Counted from the first letter of the stretch, positions 19,116 through 29,243 are shown. The stretch is DNA of 64,000 nucleotides from Calditrichaceae bacterium (GCA_050173015.1 JBFXLE010000001.1:64001-128000); one strand, 5' to 3'. A program made the numbers and translations. Notes: generated by a model not told the origin, from the sequence alone.

Positions 19116-19888
19116 AGTTGATTGTAGTGATCAACAATAAGGGGGGCGTCGGTAAAACCACGAGTGTGGTGAATCTTGCCGCATGGTTTGCAAAAATGAA
19201 GCAGAAAACCTTGTTGATTGATCTTGATCCGTCTTCCAGCGCGTCTATTCACCTTGGATTTGATAAAACGGACAAAGCTCATCAGACTTTATGTGATTTT
19301 CTGCTTTCTGAGAACTCCAAACTTAGCGACTATATTTATCCCGCAGAGCAGAAAAATTTATCCTGCCTGCCATCCGAGCCGGCATTAAGTGATTTTTATG
19401 AAGAGATCAAACAGGATAGCGATGTTGAATTTTTCCTCAATCGTAAGGATATTCCAAGTGATTTCGACATTGTTTTATTTGATAGTCCTCCAAATATGGG
19501 TTCACTGGCATTAAACGCGCTTGCCATCGCGGATTACGCGCTTGTTCCCGTTCAGACACAATATCTTGCTCTGTCAGGACTGGAATTGACCGTAAAAATG
19601 ATCGATAAGGCGCAGCGTCGTTTAAATCCGGGGCTGCAGGTTCTCGGTTATTTTGGAACTCATTATGACCGTCGAACGAATGTGGCCAAGGATGTTTTAA
19701 ATTTTATCAGAGAGAAATACGGGAAAAATGTTTTTCGTACGGCCATCGGTGTCAACAGTAAATTAATTGAAGCATATCACGCGCAGAAGCCGATTTTATA
19801 TTACGCGCCTTCGGCCAGAGGATCCAGGGAATATGGCGAGTTGGCAAAAGAAATTTTAAATCGTTTGAATACTAATACCATAAAATAA
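19112..19888 (+). CDS. ParA/Soj family ATPase
   Basis: KGGVGKTT deviant Walker A, IDLDP, FDSPP, LVPVQ; ATGA overlap with the shell gene. Confidence 0.93.
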   Translation: MKLIVVINNKGGVGKTTSVVNLAAWFAKMKQKTLLIDLDPSSSASIHLGFDKTDKAHQTLCDFLLSENSKLSDYIYPAEQKNLSCLPSEPALSDFYEEIKQDSDVEFFLNRKDIPSDFDIVLFDSPPNMGSLALNALAIADYALVPVQTQYLALSGLELTVKMIDKAQRRLNPGLQVLGYFGTHYDRRTNVAKDVLNFIREKYGKNVFRTAIGVNSKLIEAYHAQKPILYYAPSARGSREYGELAKEILNRLNTNTIK

Positions 19889-19902
19889 AGACGGAATGAG
19901 AA

Positions 19903-20205
19903 ATGAAGAAATTAATTTCCGCCGCTGTTGTAAAACAAGCGCATGCCGATAAAAAAATGCAGCTCGATGTTCCCAGATCGACTGCCATCATAACACCGGA
20001 AGCCAGAAGTTTAGCAGAAAAACTCGGCATAAAACTGGTTGAATATGGTGATGCCGCTGCCCGGGGAAAAAGGGCCGTGGCCGGAAATCAGGATGAAAAC
20101 CTGGTGGAATTAATCACACAAAAAGTGATGGCCAGGATCCCGCGCGGCAAACAGGATCCCAGCAGAATCAGGAAGATTGTGAGAGAAGTTTTGGCCGGTC
20201 GGTAA
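19903..20205 (+). CDS. Small BMC-associated protein: EutQ N-terminal-like domain plus two encapsulation-peptide-like helices
   Basis: MKKLISAAVV...AIITPEARSLAEKLGI resembles the EutQ N-terminus; ENLVELITQKVMARI and RIRKIVREVL are amphipathic. Confidence 0.65.
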   Translation: MKKLISAAVVKQAHADKKMQLDVPRSTAIITPEARSLAEKLGIKLVEYGDAAARGKRAVAGNQDENLVELITQKVMARIPRGKQDPSRIRKIVREVLAGR

Positions 20206-20278
20206 GTGAAAACGCTGAATCTTTCCCGGCATTCAGATTAAATATTAATTAAAATTTTATACGGAAAAATCAGTATCA

Positions 20279-21310
20279 TTGAATCACTATACCGTATCTT
20301 TAAAAAAAGAGATGAAAAAACGGCCGGCCTTTTTGTCGGCTTGCATGGACCGGTGTCTTAAAAAACGTTCACGAGTTGTGTTTCCGGATGCGCTGGATGA
20401 AAGGGTGCTGAGAGCGTCGAGATTTCTCCATGATGAAAAACTGGCTGTTCCGGTTCTGCTCGGTAACCCGTTTGAGATACGCGATTTTGCGGAAAACGCA
20501 AAAATCAGAACGAACGGATTAAAAATTCTGAAACCGCTTCATTCATCCGAATATGACAGATATGTGAAGTTGTATTATAAACTGCGCAGGCATAAGGGAC
20601 TCACAATAACGGATGCGGCGCAATATCTGCTTGATCCTCTTCAGTTCGGCGCGATGATGTTGAGAGAAGGACAGGCCGATGTGTGTTTGGCAGGGAACAG
20701 CTCATCCACAGCGGATGTGCTGCGGACCGGATACAGAATTATCGGAACAGGAGGAAAACAAAATCCTGTTTCCAGTTTTTTCTTAATGATTTCACCGGAT
20801 TTGAATCGTATATTTGCTTTCGCCGACTGTAGCGTCAATCCGGATCCGACGGCCGAAGAACTGGCGGAAACGGCTATCCAAACAGCATCTTCTTTTGAAC
20901 TTGTAACGGGGATGGAAGCGCGGGTGGCGATGTTGTCCTTTTCTACGAAAGGAAGCGCGGATCACCAGAAAACGGAAAAAGTTAAAAGGGCGGCAGAAAT
21001 AGCTCTGAAGCGCGATCCTTCATTGCGACTGGACGGAGAATTGCAGTTTGACGCGGCGATCGTAGATAAGATCGCGGAAAAAAAAGCACCGGGAAGCGTC
21101 TTGCGGGGAAAGGCGAATGTTTTTATCTTTCCCACATTAAACGCGGCAAACATTGGTTATAAAATAGCGGAACATCTTGGGATGTATCAGACGTTGGGAT
21201 CTTTTGTACAAGGATTTACAAAATCCCTGCACGATTTATCCAGGGGGTGCACTACCGAGTCGATCATAAACACCGCGGTAGTCGCGTCATGCATGCATAG
21301 AGAAAATTAA
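20279..21310 (+). CDS. pta: Phosphate acetyltransferase (PTA_PTB family, EutD-like)
   Basis: FADC, AMLSFSTKGS, DGELQFDAA, NIGYK, DLSRG; start TTG 20279 or ATG 20312. Confidence 0.9.
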   Translation: MNHYTVSLKKEMKKRPAFLSACMDRCLKKRSRVVFPDALDERVLRASRFLHDEKLAVPVLLGNPFEIRDFAENAKIRTNGLKILKPLHSSEYDRYVKLYYKLRRHKGLTITDAAQYLLDPLQFGAMMLREGQADVCLAGNSSSTADVLRTGYRIIGTGGKQNPVSSFFLMISPDLNRIFAFADCSVNPDPTAEELAETAIQTASSFELVTGMEARVAMLSFSTKGSADHQKTEKVKRAAEIALKRDPSLRLDGELQFDAAIVDKIAEKKAPGSVLRGKANVFIFPTLNAANIGYKIAEHLGMYQTLGSFVQGFTKSLHDLSRGCTTESIINTAVVASCMHREN

Positions 21311-21339
21311 AGGTTATGCTTTAAATATAGGAGAAATAA

Positions 21340-21627
21340 ATGGAAGCATTAGGAATGGTTGAAACTAAAGGGCTCGTTGGATTGATAGAAGCTTCGGATG
21401 CGATGGTAAAAGCGGCGAAGGTCAAACTTGTGGCCCACGTGCAAATTGGCGCCGGTTATGTAACGGCATTAGTTCGCGGAGATGTGGCTGCGTGCAAGGC
21501 GGCAACAGACGCGGGAGCTGCAGCAGCGGAACGTGTTGGCGAGCTTGTCGCCGTGCATGTTATTCCCCGTCCCCATGATGATCTTGAAGATATATTCCCG
21601 ATAAAGTTCACGGGAAAAATTAAATAA
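21340..21627 (+). CDS. BMC-H hexamer shell protein (EutM/PduA-like)
   Basis: ALGMVETKG...DAMVKAA...[10 protein letters not shown]...HVIPRPH. Confidence 0.97.
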   Translation: MEALGMVETKGLVGLIEASDAMVKAAKVKLVAHVQIGAGYVTALVRGDVAACKAATDAGAAAAERVGELVAVHVIPRPHDDLEDIFPIKFTGKIK

Positions 21628-21715
21628 TGATATTTGATTGCAAGTATCATTTTTTGCTTAGTGTTGGATTGTCAAATAATATTGAATACGGAAATCCAGA
21701 ATAATTATTAAGGAG

Positions 21716-22009
21716 ATGTCGATGGAAGCATTAGGTATGATTGAAACCAAAGGTTTGATTGGCTTGATAGAGGCTTCGGACGCCATGGTTAAAGCCGCGC
21801 GCGTCAAATTAGTCGCATATCAACAGATCGGCGGCGGGTATGTTACCGCATTGGTACGTGGAGATGTTGCCGCGTGTAAAGCCGCGACAGATGCCGGCGC
21901 CGCAGCTGCCGAAAGAGTAGGTGAACTGATCGCGGTACATGTTATTCCCCGCCCTCATGGTGATCTGGAAGATGTGTTTCCGATAAAAATGAAAGGCGAA
22001 ATTAAATAA
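21716..22009 (+). CDS. BMC-H hexamer shell protein (EutM/PduA-like), paralog of the previous gene
   Basis: Same motifs; near-identical protein with many synonymous differences. Confidence 0.97.
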   Translation: MSMEALGMIETKGLIGLIEASDAMVKAARVKLVAYQQIGGGYVTALVRGDVAACKAATDAGAAAAERVGELIAVHVIPRPHGDLEDVFPIKMKGEIK

Positions 22010-22098
22010 TCAGTTTGTCTGATTTATTTACTTGCCGCCGTAGGAACCGGAAATATTCAAACAGGGAAGTACCGTTCATAGTTACAAAGGATTAATAT

Positions 22099-23502
22099 AT
22101 GAGTTTATCATCGCAGGAAATTGCCCGGATTGTGGATACAGTCGTTCAGCGGCTGGATGGGAAAGTGGCATCATCAGGAAAGCTTTCCGCGGGCATATTT
22201 GAGAATCTGGATGATGCGGTCGCTGCCGCCGCGCGCGCTCAAAAACAGATCAAAAATCTGGATTTGCGGGCTAAAATCATTCAGGCGATGCGCGCCGCAG
22301 GTGAAAAATACGCCCGTGAACTGGCTGAACTTGCCGTTCAGGAAACGGGAATGGGCCGTGTGGAAGATAAAATTCTGAAAAATATCTCACAGTCTCAGAA
22401 AACTCCGGGAATTGAAGATCTTCAGCCACAGGCTCTTTCAGGAGATCATGGACTGACGCTGACCGAGAATGCGGCATGGGGGGTGATTGCCTCTGTGACG
22501 CCGTCAACCAATCCGGCGGCAACGGTCATTAACAATTCTATCAGTATGGTTTCCGCGGGAAACGCCGTTGTTTTTGCTCCTCATCCCGGGGCAAAGCGTG
22601 TCTCACAGCGAGCCATCACTATTTTAAATGAAGCCATTGTGTCAGCCGGCGGTCCGCCCAATCTTCTTACCACAGTCGCGGAACCGTCGATCGAATCGGC
22701 ACAGCAGCTTTTCATCTATCCGGGGATAGATTTGCTTGTTGTTACAGGCGGAGAAGGTGTTGTTGAAGCAGCCAGAAAAATGACCAACAAACGTCTGATG
22801 GCTGCCGGCGCCGGTAATCCCCCCGTAGTTGTTGATGAAACCGCGGATATTTCCAAAGCCGCAAAAGCAATTGCTTTCGGCGCTTCATTGGATAACAATA
22901 TTCTCTGCACTGATGAGAAAGAAATAATCGCGGTGGATAGTATCACAGATCAGCTCAAACAAGAATTAAAAAAACACAAGGCGGTTGAATTAACGCCGGC
23001 TCAGGCTGAAGAGCTGGCTAAAGTGATTTTAAATGGCTATCCGGGTGAAAATCCTGTAATTAACCGCAAGTTTGTCGGGCGGAACGCCTCTATTATTGCC
23101 AAAGAGATTGGATTAAACGTTCCGGATGATACCCGACTTTTGTTTACGGAGACAGCAAAAAATCACCCGTTTGCAGTCGTCGAACTAATGATGCCGGTCA
23201 TACCGCTGATTCGGGCTACGGACGCCGATACCGCCATAGATACGGCTAAAGAACTGGAGCGTGGATTACGGCATACCGCGGCAATGCATTCAAGAAATAT
23301 CGACAACATGCACCGTATGGCGAATGAAATTAACACAAGTATATTCGTCAAAAACGGACCCTGCGCCGCCGGTTTAGGATTCGGCGGGGAGGGCTGGACC
23401 TCGATGACAATCACCACACCTACCGGTGAAGGCGTGACATCGGCAAAAACCTTTGTCAGACTGCGCCGCTGCGTTGTAGTCGATCATTTCCGCATTGTAT
23501 AA
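22099..23502 (+). CDS. eutE: CoA-acylating aldehyde dehydrogenase (EutE/PduP family) with N-terminal encapsulation peptide
   Basis: PSTNP, VTGG, AGAGNPP, DNNILCTDEK, ELMMP, TPTGEG; N-terminal SQEIARIVDTVVQRL. Confidence 0.93.
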   Translation: MSLSSQEIARIVDTVVQRLDGKVASSGKLSAGIFENLDDAVAAAARAQKQIKNLDLRAKIIQAMRAAGEKYARELAELAVQETGMGRVEDKILKNISQSQKTPGIEDLQPQALSGDHGLTLTENAAWGVIASVTPSTNPAATVINNSISMVSAGNAVVFAPHPGAKRVSQRAITILNEAIVSAGGPPNLLTTVAEPSIESAQQLFIYPGIDLLVVTGGEGVVEAARKMTNKRLMAAGAGNPPVVVDETADISKAAKAIAFGASLDNNILCTDEKEIIAVDSITDQLKQELKKHKAVELTPAQAEELAKVILNGYPGENPVINRKFVGRNASIIAKEIGLNVPDDTRLLFTETAKNHPFAVVELMMPVIPLIRATDADTAIDTAKELERGLRHTAAMHSRNIDNMHRMANEINTSIFVKNGPCAAGLGFGGEGWTSMTITTPTGEGVTSAKTFVRLRRCVVVDHFRIV

Positions 23503-23613
23503 TATTTAATAATATGCGCAAAAACATAAACCGGACGAGACTATATTTGCTGATCAAAAGTCATCGCGTCAATGATTTGCGGGGTCTGTCCGGGATAACC
23601 GGGTACAATAAAA

Positions 23614-24447
23614 ATGGATCAGTTAAAACTGGTAAATGACAGACTAAAAAAAATAGAAGAAATCGTTAACGATTCTTCACCGGGGAACGCTCCTGAAAAA
23701 TGGCATGTGGGAGTTGATCTCGGAACGGCCGATATTGTTGTCATCGTCACGGATGAAAACGGCGAGCCGCACTCCGCGTTTATGGAGTGGGCGGAAGTGG
23801 TACGTGACGGCATTGTCCTTGATTACTGGAAAGCAACGCAAATTGTAAAAGAGCTCTTAGAAAAAACTGAGCGTAAGTTAAATATTGAAATAAAAAGCGC
23901 GATCACTTCCTATCCTCCCGGAACCGATCCGCGGACTTCAAAAAATGTAATCGAAGCCGCCGGATTGATAGTGGAAGGTATTATAGATGAGCCCTCCAGT
24001 GTGGCCCATTTGCTCAATATGGAATCAGGAGCAGTTGTGGATGTGGGCGGAGGCACAACCGGAATTGCCATCGTCAGGGATAAAAAAATAATATATTCCG
24101 CTGATGAACCCACCGGCGGAAGACACGCCACATTGACCATAGCCGGGAATCAGGGGATCAGTTTTGAAAAAGCGGAAGAAATGAAAAGAAACGGACAAGC
24201 AGCCAGTTTGAAACCGATTGTTGAACCGGTGTTCCAAAAAATGGCGGATATTGTGCGAAAACATCTTGAAAATTATGATACAAAAGATATCTATCTGTCC
24301 GGAGGCACTTTTTGCTTTCCGGGAATCGATAAGGTCTTTATAGATGAATTAACAGGGAAAAATATTATCCTTCCTTATAATCCCTTATATCTGACCCCAT
24401 TGGCGATTGCTTCATACAGAGTGAGCGGAAAGGAAACCAATGGATAA
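23614..24447 (+). CDS. eutJ: EutJ family (actin/Hsp70-like) protein
   Basis: GVDLGTADIV, VVRDGIV, DEPS, VVDVGGGTTG, ADEPTGG, TPLAIA. Confidence 0.93.
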   Translation: MDQLKLVNDRLKKIEEIVNDSSPGNAPEKWHVGVDLGTADIVVIVTDENGEPHSAFMEWAEVVRDGIVLDYWKATQIVKELLEKTERKLNIEIKSAITSYPPGTDPRTSKNVIEAAGLIVEGIIDEPSSVAHLLNMESGAVVDVGGGTTGIAIVRDKKIIYSADEPTGGRHATLTIAGNQGISFEKAEEMKRNGQAASLKPIVEPVFQKMADIVRKHLENYDTKDIYLSGGTFCFPGIDKVFIDELTGKNIILPYNPLYLTPLAIASYRVSGKETNG

Positions 24448-25798
24448 GCAGTCGATGCTGAAGAGTATTCGTGACGCCGGGGTGATCGGCGCGGGTGGCG
24501 CCGGATTTCCGACTTATAAAAAACTGGACGCGAAGGTTGATCATATCATCGCCAATGGCGCTGAGTGCGAACCTCTGTTATATAAAGACAGAGAAGTGAT
24601 GCTCCAAAGACAGGATGAGTTTTTTCGCGGTCTTTCAATCATGAAAAAGTTGACAGACGCCAACGAAGTGACAATCGCTCTCAAAGAAAAAAACAAAGAT
24701 GTCGCCGATCAGTTAAAAGATCAGGCTGAATCGCTTGGGTTTAAATTTTTTGTATACAAAGATGTTTATCCGGCAGGGGATGAATACGTTCTGGTCTATG
24801 AGATCGCCGGCCGAAGAATACCACCGGGCGGCATACCTCTGCAGGTTGGGTGTGTGGTTGATAATGTTGAAACTATTATAAATATCGCAAGAGCCGTTGA
24901 TGGTTACCCTGTTACCGATAAATTTATCACTGTGACTGGCGAGGTGAAAACTCCTATAACCACGGTTGTGCCGATTGGTACCACATTTCTTGAGTGTCTT
25001 GAAGCCGCGGGAGGATTAACCACGGATAAGCCGGTTGTTTTAACCGGCGGGGTAATGATGGGTGGAGTCGAAACGGATCTAAGTACACCCGTTTCGAAAA
25101 TCAACGGCGGATTGATTGTTCTTCCGGAAGATCATTACCTGGTTAGAAGAAAAACGGCCCCTCGCGAGATTTATACAAGGATAGGGCACGGGCAGTGCGA
25201 TCAGTGTTCGATGTGTACCGAGCTTTGTCCCCGTTATATAATGGGATATCCCATTGAACCGCATAAAGTGATGCGGACTTTACAAATGACGGGTGAAAAT
25301 AAGGCGCGGGTAAGTTTATGGGCGCAGTATTGTTGTGAATGCAATATATGCACGATGATTGCTTGTCCGGAGAGCCTGGATCCAAAAAGTATCTGTGTGG
25401 ATGCAAAACAGCTTCTGAAAGAAAATCAGCTGACGAGGACACCGGAGGAACTGGATGTCCTTTTCAGAGACGTCCATCCATCAAGAAAAGCCAGGGAAAT
25501 TCCGATTACTTCGGTTTACCAGAGACTCGGACTAAAAAAATATGACCGGCATGCCGATTTTTTTGATAATAATATTAAACCAAAAACGGTGGTGATTCCT
25601 CTGGATTCACATATCGGGGCTCCGTCTGTTCCTATTGTAAGAGTTGGCGATAATGTTCGAAAGGGTGATCCTCTGAGCAGTGTCTCTGACGACAAACTGG
25701 GTTGTCCTTCACACTCGAGTATTGACGGAAAAGTCACCATGATCGATGCGGCGGGTGTGCATATCGCTTCGGGTGGCCAGGAATTAAACAGGATTTGA
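24440..25798 (+). CDS. pduS: PduS-like flavin/Fe-S oxidoreductase (Complex1_51K, SLBB, two 4Fe-4S)
   Basis: GAGGAGFPT, NGAECEPLL, YPAGDE, CDQCSMCTELCP, CCECNIC; C-terminal HIGAP sandwich domain. Confidence 0.88.
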   Translation: MDKQSMLKSIRDAGVIGAGGAGFPTYKKLDAKVDHIIANGAECEPLLYKDREVMLQRQDEFFRGLSIMKKLTDANEVTIALKEKNKDVADQLKDQAESLGFKFFVYKDVYPAGDEYVLVYEIAGRRIPPGGIPLQVGCVVDNVETIINIARAVDGYPVTDKFITVTGEVKTPITTVVPIGTTFLECLEAAGGLTTDKPVVLTGGVMMGGVETDLSTPVSKINGGLIVLPEDHYLVRRKTAPREIYTRIGHGQCDQCSMCTELCPRYIMGYPIEPHKVMRTLQMTGENKARVSLWAQYCCECNICTMIACPESLDPKSICVDAKQLLKENQLTRTPEELDVLFRDVHPSRKAREIPITSVYQRLGLKKYDRHADFFDNNIKPKTVVIPLDSHIGAPSVPIVRVGDNVRKGDPLSSVSDDKLGCPSHSSIDGKVTMIDAAGVHIASGGQELNRI

Positions 25799-25862
25799 AG
25801 TAAGAAATTAAAACAGAATGGTCAGTTATTGACCGGATTCAATATAACGAGGAATAATCAAA

Positions 25863-26411
25863 ATGGGTTCAGCAATCGGGATCGTTGAAACATCAAGCAT
25901 CGCAAAAGGGTTCGAAGTTGCAGATGCCGTTCTCAAACGAGCCAATGTGGAGATCGTTGTTAATCGCACGATCTGTCCGGGAAAATATATGGTGCTTATC
26001 GGTGGGGATGTGGATGCTGTCAATGCGAGTATTGAAGCAGGAATTGATGTGGGCGCCCACACGGTTGTCGATCATTTTGTAATTCCCAATGTTCACCCAT
26101 CCGTTTTTCCGGCGATCAGCGGGGTCACACATCTGCCTGAGCTGCAGGCGCTCGGTGTGATCGAAGGATTTAGTGTCGCTTCCGTTATAGAAGCCGCGGA
26201 CGCGGCGGTTAAGTCCGCTCCCGTGGATCTGATCACCATCCATCTGGCGATGGCCATAGGGGGCAAGGGATTTGTCTCATTCACAGGGGAAGTCGCGGCT
26301 GTTCAGGCAGCAGTTGATGCCGGGTCCGAAGTGATTGAGCGGAAAGGTTTGCTGGTCGAGAAGATTGTTATTCCGTCTCCACGACCGGAAATTGTTTCCG
26401 AATTTATTTAA
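25863..26411 (+). CDS. pduT: BMC-T tandem shell protein, PduT-like
   Basis: Two BMC domains; TICPGKY pore cysteine; follows pduS. Confidence 0.9.
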   Translation: MGSAIGIVETSSIAKGFEVADAVLKRANVEIVVNRTICPGKYMVLIGGDVDAVNASIEAGIDVGAHTVVDHFVIPNVHPSVFPAISGVTHLPELQALGVIEGFSVASVIEAADAAVKSAPVDLITIHLAMAIGGKGFVSFTGEVAAVQAAVDAGSEVIERKGLLVEKIVIPSPRPEIVSEFI

Positions 26412-26428
26412 TGAATTTTCCCATCGTG

Positions 26429-26791
26429 TCATTCTTCTCTGTGTAAAAGTTCCGGTGAAAAAGCCGGCAGGCATATGGAAATGTATTCGGCCGGTTCATC
26501 AAAGGGGTTGGAATAGCGTACACGGGCGCCTTTTCTGATATAGACCGATTCTCCGGGTTTTAACTCAATTGCTTCTCCATCAATTTCGATCATTTTTGAG
26601 CCGGAAATAATCAATGTTATCTCATCAAATTCTGGCTTTTGATACGGTTCTTTCCACCCCGGCGGAGCGATCATACGCGCTAGGCTGTATCCTTTTTCGC
26701 CCGTGCTGGCGCGGCCAAAATGTTCATCAATGATCTTATTGTCCTCTGTGGGGACTCTAAAAGGATTAGATTGTTTAAAAAATTTTTTCAT
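26429..26791 (-). CDS. Cupin domain protein
   Basis: EPYQKPEFDEITLIISG...LKPGESVYIRKGARVRYSNP. Confidence 0.85.
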   Translation of the reverse strand: MKKFFKQSNPFRVPTEDNKIIDEHFGRASTGEKGYSLARMIAPPGWKEPYQKPEFDEITLIISGSKMIEIDGEAIELKPGESVYIRKGARVRYSNPFDEPAEYISICLPAFSPELLHREE

Positions 26792-26932
26792 CCTGTTTTC
26801 CAGCCTTATTTGGTAGTAACATTCATGTATGGATCATACATTCAGAAATTATTTTTGTCAAATTTCTTTTTTCATGTAAATCCAAATCGCCTTATATTAT
26901 TTCTTTATCAGAGCAAAGGGAATTGATCCAAG

Positions 26933-27856
26933 ATGCAAACGAGTTTATTCGATGATCAGAATGTTTTAAAGATTACCTATCAAAATTGTTTGAAAGAGTT
27001 TAAGATGCGGGAGGCCCTGGATACTCTTGAAAAATGGCATGTAACATCCGCGGGATGTTCAAAAATTGAGGGGAAAATTCACGCATTAAGCGGGTTGTTA
27101 AAGTTAAGTGAGCAATACCGGCGTCATTCATTGATTTTTCTGGCAAATATAAAAGTGAATCTGAATGAACAGAACTTCCTCATGCCTCTTTTTGAAGACA
27201 AACCACTGCTGGAGCGTGGAATCTCTAAAGGCATTTATTCACGTCTCCAAAATGATGCGTATGATTTTATTGTACCGGGACTTCATCCGGCGGAAATATT
27301 TATTGAGTTTAACGCGTATGAAAATGCTTTAAATAGCGCAAAGCGGTATCTGGCAAAAATGGGTGAACATCCGTTTATCCGGCAACTTGAGGGTTATGCC
27401 TATTTTAAAATGGGTGATGAGAAATCGGCGCGGATATGTTTTACCTACGCTCTTTTTAATGATCCGCTCATGTGTACCGGTAATTATATGTATCCCGGTG
27501 ATTACAAGAATAAAATCGATTACCTGACTCAAACGATGAAAAGAAAAGAGCTGGCATGGATTAGGTTGCCTTTTGATTTATGGTTGGAAGGCAAAACATA
27601 TATTGTTTCTGACGCGTATCACTATGAAGCGTATCTGAAGGAGAAATTACGGGCAGAACGTTCTTCGGCATTACTTGAACCCATGAGTAATGTGCGATAT
27701 TTTTGCCGGTTGTTATATCTTGCGGAGGCGGTACGTCTGAGGGCAGGCCGAAAAAACGAAACCGATGAGCTAACCGATATTCGCAAGGAAATGCAAAGAA
27801 TAAACCCGGATCTTTTTACCCGATATATGGGAGTTTTAAATTCGTTTGGCAATTAG
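26933..27856 (+). CDS. Hypothetical helical (TPR-like) protein
   Basis: 307-aa ORF; GYAYFKMGDEKSARICFTYAL resembles a TPR. Confidence 0.65.
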   Translation: MQTSLFDDQNVLKITYQNCLKEFKMREALDTLEKWHVTSAGCSKIEGKIHALSGLLKLSEQYRRHSLIFLANIKVNLNEQNFLMPLFEDKPLLERGISKGIYSRLQNDAYDFIVPGLHPAEIFIEFNAYENALNSAKRYLAKMGEHPFIRQLEGYAYFKMGDEKSARICFTYALFNDPLMCTGNYMYPGDYKNKIDYLTQTMKRKELAWIRLPFDLWLEGKTYIVSDAYHYEAYLKEKLRAERSSALLEPMSNVRYFCRLLYLAEAVRLRAGRKNETDELTDIRKEMQRINPDLFTRYMGVLNSFGN

Positions 27857-27904
27857 ATGTGTCATTCCGGTTTTTAAAGACAATAAATTAACAGGGGAGA
27901 AAGT

Positions 27905-29242
27905 ATGTTTAAATGGATCATACTTATGGCGGGGGTACTCGTGTTAAATATTTCAAATTCTGCACGGGCGGAAGAGCCCGAATTTTTTCCATACGCCTGG
28001 CAGGAAAAAATGCTGGATAACGGGCTTAAGATAATAGCTATTCCGATGGAAAACAGCTCGCTTGTCTCGTATTATTCAGTTGTCAGGACAGGTTCAAGAG
28101 ATGAATGGGAACCGGGACATTCGGGTTTCGCTCATTTCTTTGAGCATATGATGTTCAGGGGGACTAAAAATTTTCCGGGAACAGTTTATGACAGTATCGT
28201 CACGACTCTTGGCGCCGATGCAAATGCTTACACTACGGATGATTATACCGCTTATCACCTTACCTTCACCGCCGCGGATCTGGAGCGTGTCATGGAAATA
28301 GAGAGTGACCGGTTTCAGTATCTTGATTATGCCGAGGCAGAATTTAAAACGGAATCCGGCGCGGTTTACGGAGAATTTAGAAAAGGCCGGGTGAATCCCT
28401 GGTTTGTCTTAAATGAAACTATTATGAATACGGCATTCGACAAACACACTTATAAACATACGACCATCGGTTTCGAAGCCGATATTTCCGCCATGCCGGA
28501 AATGTACGAATACAGCAGGAATTTTTTCAATCGTTATTACCGGCCGGAGAATGTAGTGATCATAATCGCCGGAGCCGTTAACCCTGAGAAAACATTCGCT
28601 CTTGCCGAAAAATATTACGGAAACTGGGAAAAAGGCTATGTTAAACCCGAAATTACAAAGGAGCCGGCACAAAAAAAAGAACGCTATGTGGAAGTCGAGT
28701 TCAAGGGGAAGACGCTTCCGATCATGGATATCGGTTATAAGGGAGCCGCGTTCGCGCCTGAAGACCGTTTGTACGCGGCTACGCACATTCTCGGTGAACT
28801 TGCCTTTGGTCCGAACAGCGATCTTTATAAAAAATTAGTCATAAGAGAACAAAGGTTGCAATTATTTGGATATGATTACACCTATAATCGTGATCCGCGT
28901 TTGTTTGAAATTTATGCCATGGTCAAGAGTGAAGATGATATACAGTCGGTTCGAAAGGAAATTGATGAGACAATCAATCAATTTAAAACTACGCCGGTGA
29001 ATGAGCAAAAGCTGAATGATTTAAAAGACCGCCTGAGATATGATTTTTTAATGAGACTCGATACCCCGGACCGGGTTGCCGGTTCTCTTGCCAGATTTGC
29101 CGCGCTAAGTGGCGGGATTGAAGTGATAGATCAGCTATTCAATACTTTTCAACAGGTAACCGTTTCGGATATCATGGAAGCCGCCTGGGAATATTTCGTG
29201 AATGAAAGAAGGACTACGGCTTTGCTGAGGGGAGGAAAATAG
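27905..29242 (+). CDS. M16 zinc peptidase, catalytic subunit
   Basis: Signal peptide; GFAHFFEHMMFRGT (HXXEH); NAYT. Confidence 0.95.
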   Translation: MFKWIILMAGVLVLNISNSARAEEPEFFPYAWQEKMLDNGLKIIAIPMENSSLVSYYSVVRTGSRDEWEPGHSGFAHFFEHMMFRGTKNFPGTVYDSIVTTLGADANAYTTDDYTAYHLTFTAADLERVMEIESDRFQYLDYAEAEFKTESGAVYGEFRKGRVNPWFVLNETIMNTAFDKHTYKHTTIGFEADISAMPEMYEYSRNFFNRYYRPENVVIIIAGAVNPEKTFALAEKYYGNWEKGYVKPEITKEPAQKKERYVEVEFKGKTLPIMDIGYKGAAFAPEDRLYAATHILGELAFGPNSDLYKKLVIREQRLQLFGYDYTYNRDPRLFEIYAMVKSEDDIQSVRKEIDETINQFKTTPVNEQKLNDLKDRLRYDFLMRLDTPDRVAGSLARFAALSGGIEVIDQLFNTFQQVTVSDIMEAAWEYFVNERRTTALLRGGK

Positions 29243-29243
29243 C

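Noticed and set aside
19112-19888. Chromosome or plasmid partition locus
   Set aside because: No parB or parS recognised; the gene is embedded in the BMC operon
24440-25798. RnfC of an Rnf complex
   Set aside because: No other rnf genes; domain order and pduT adjacency indicate PduS
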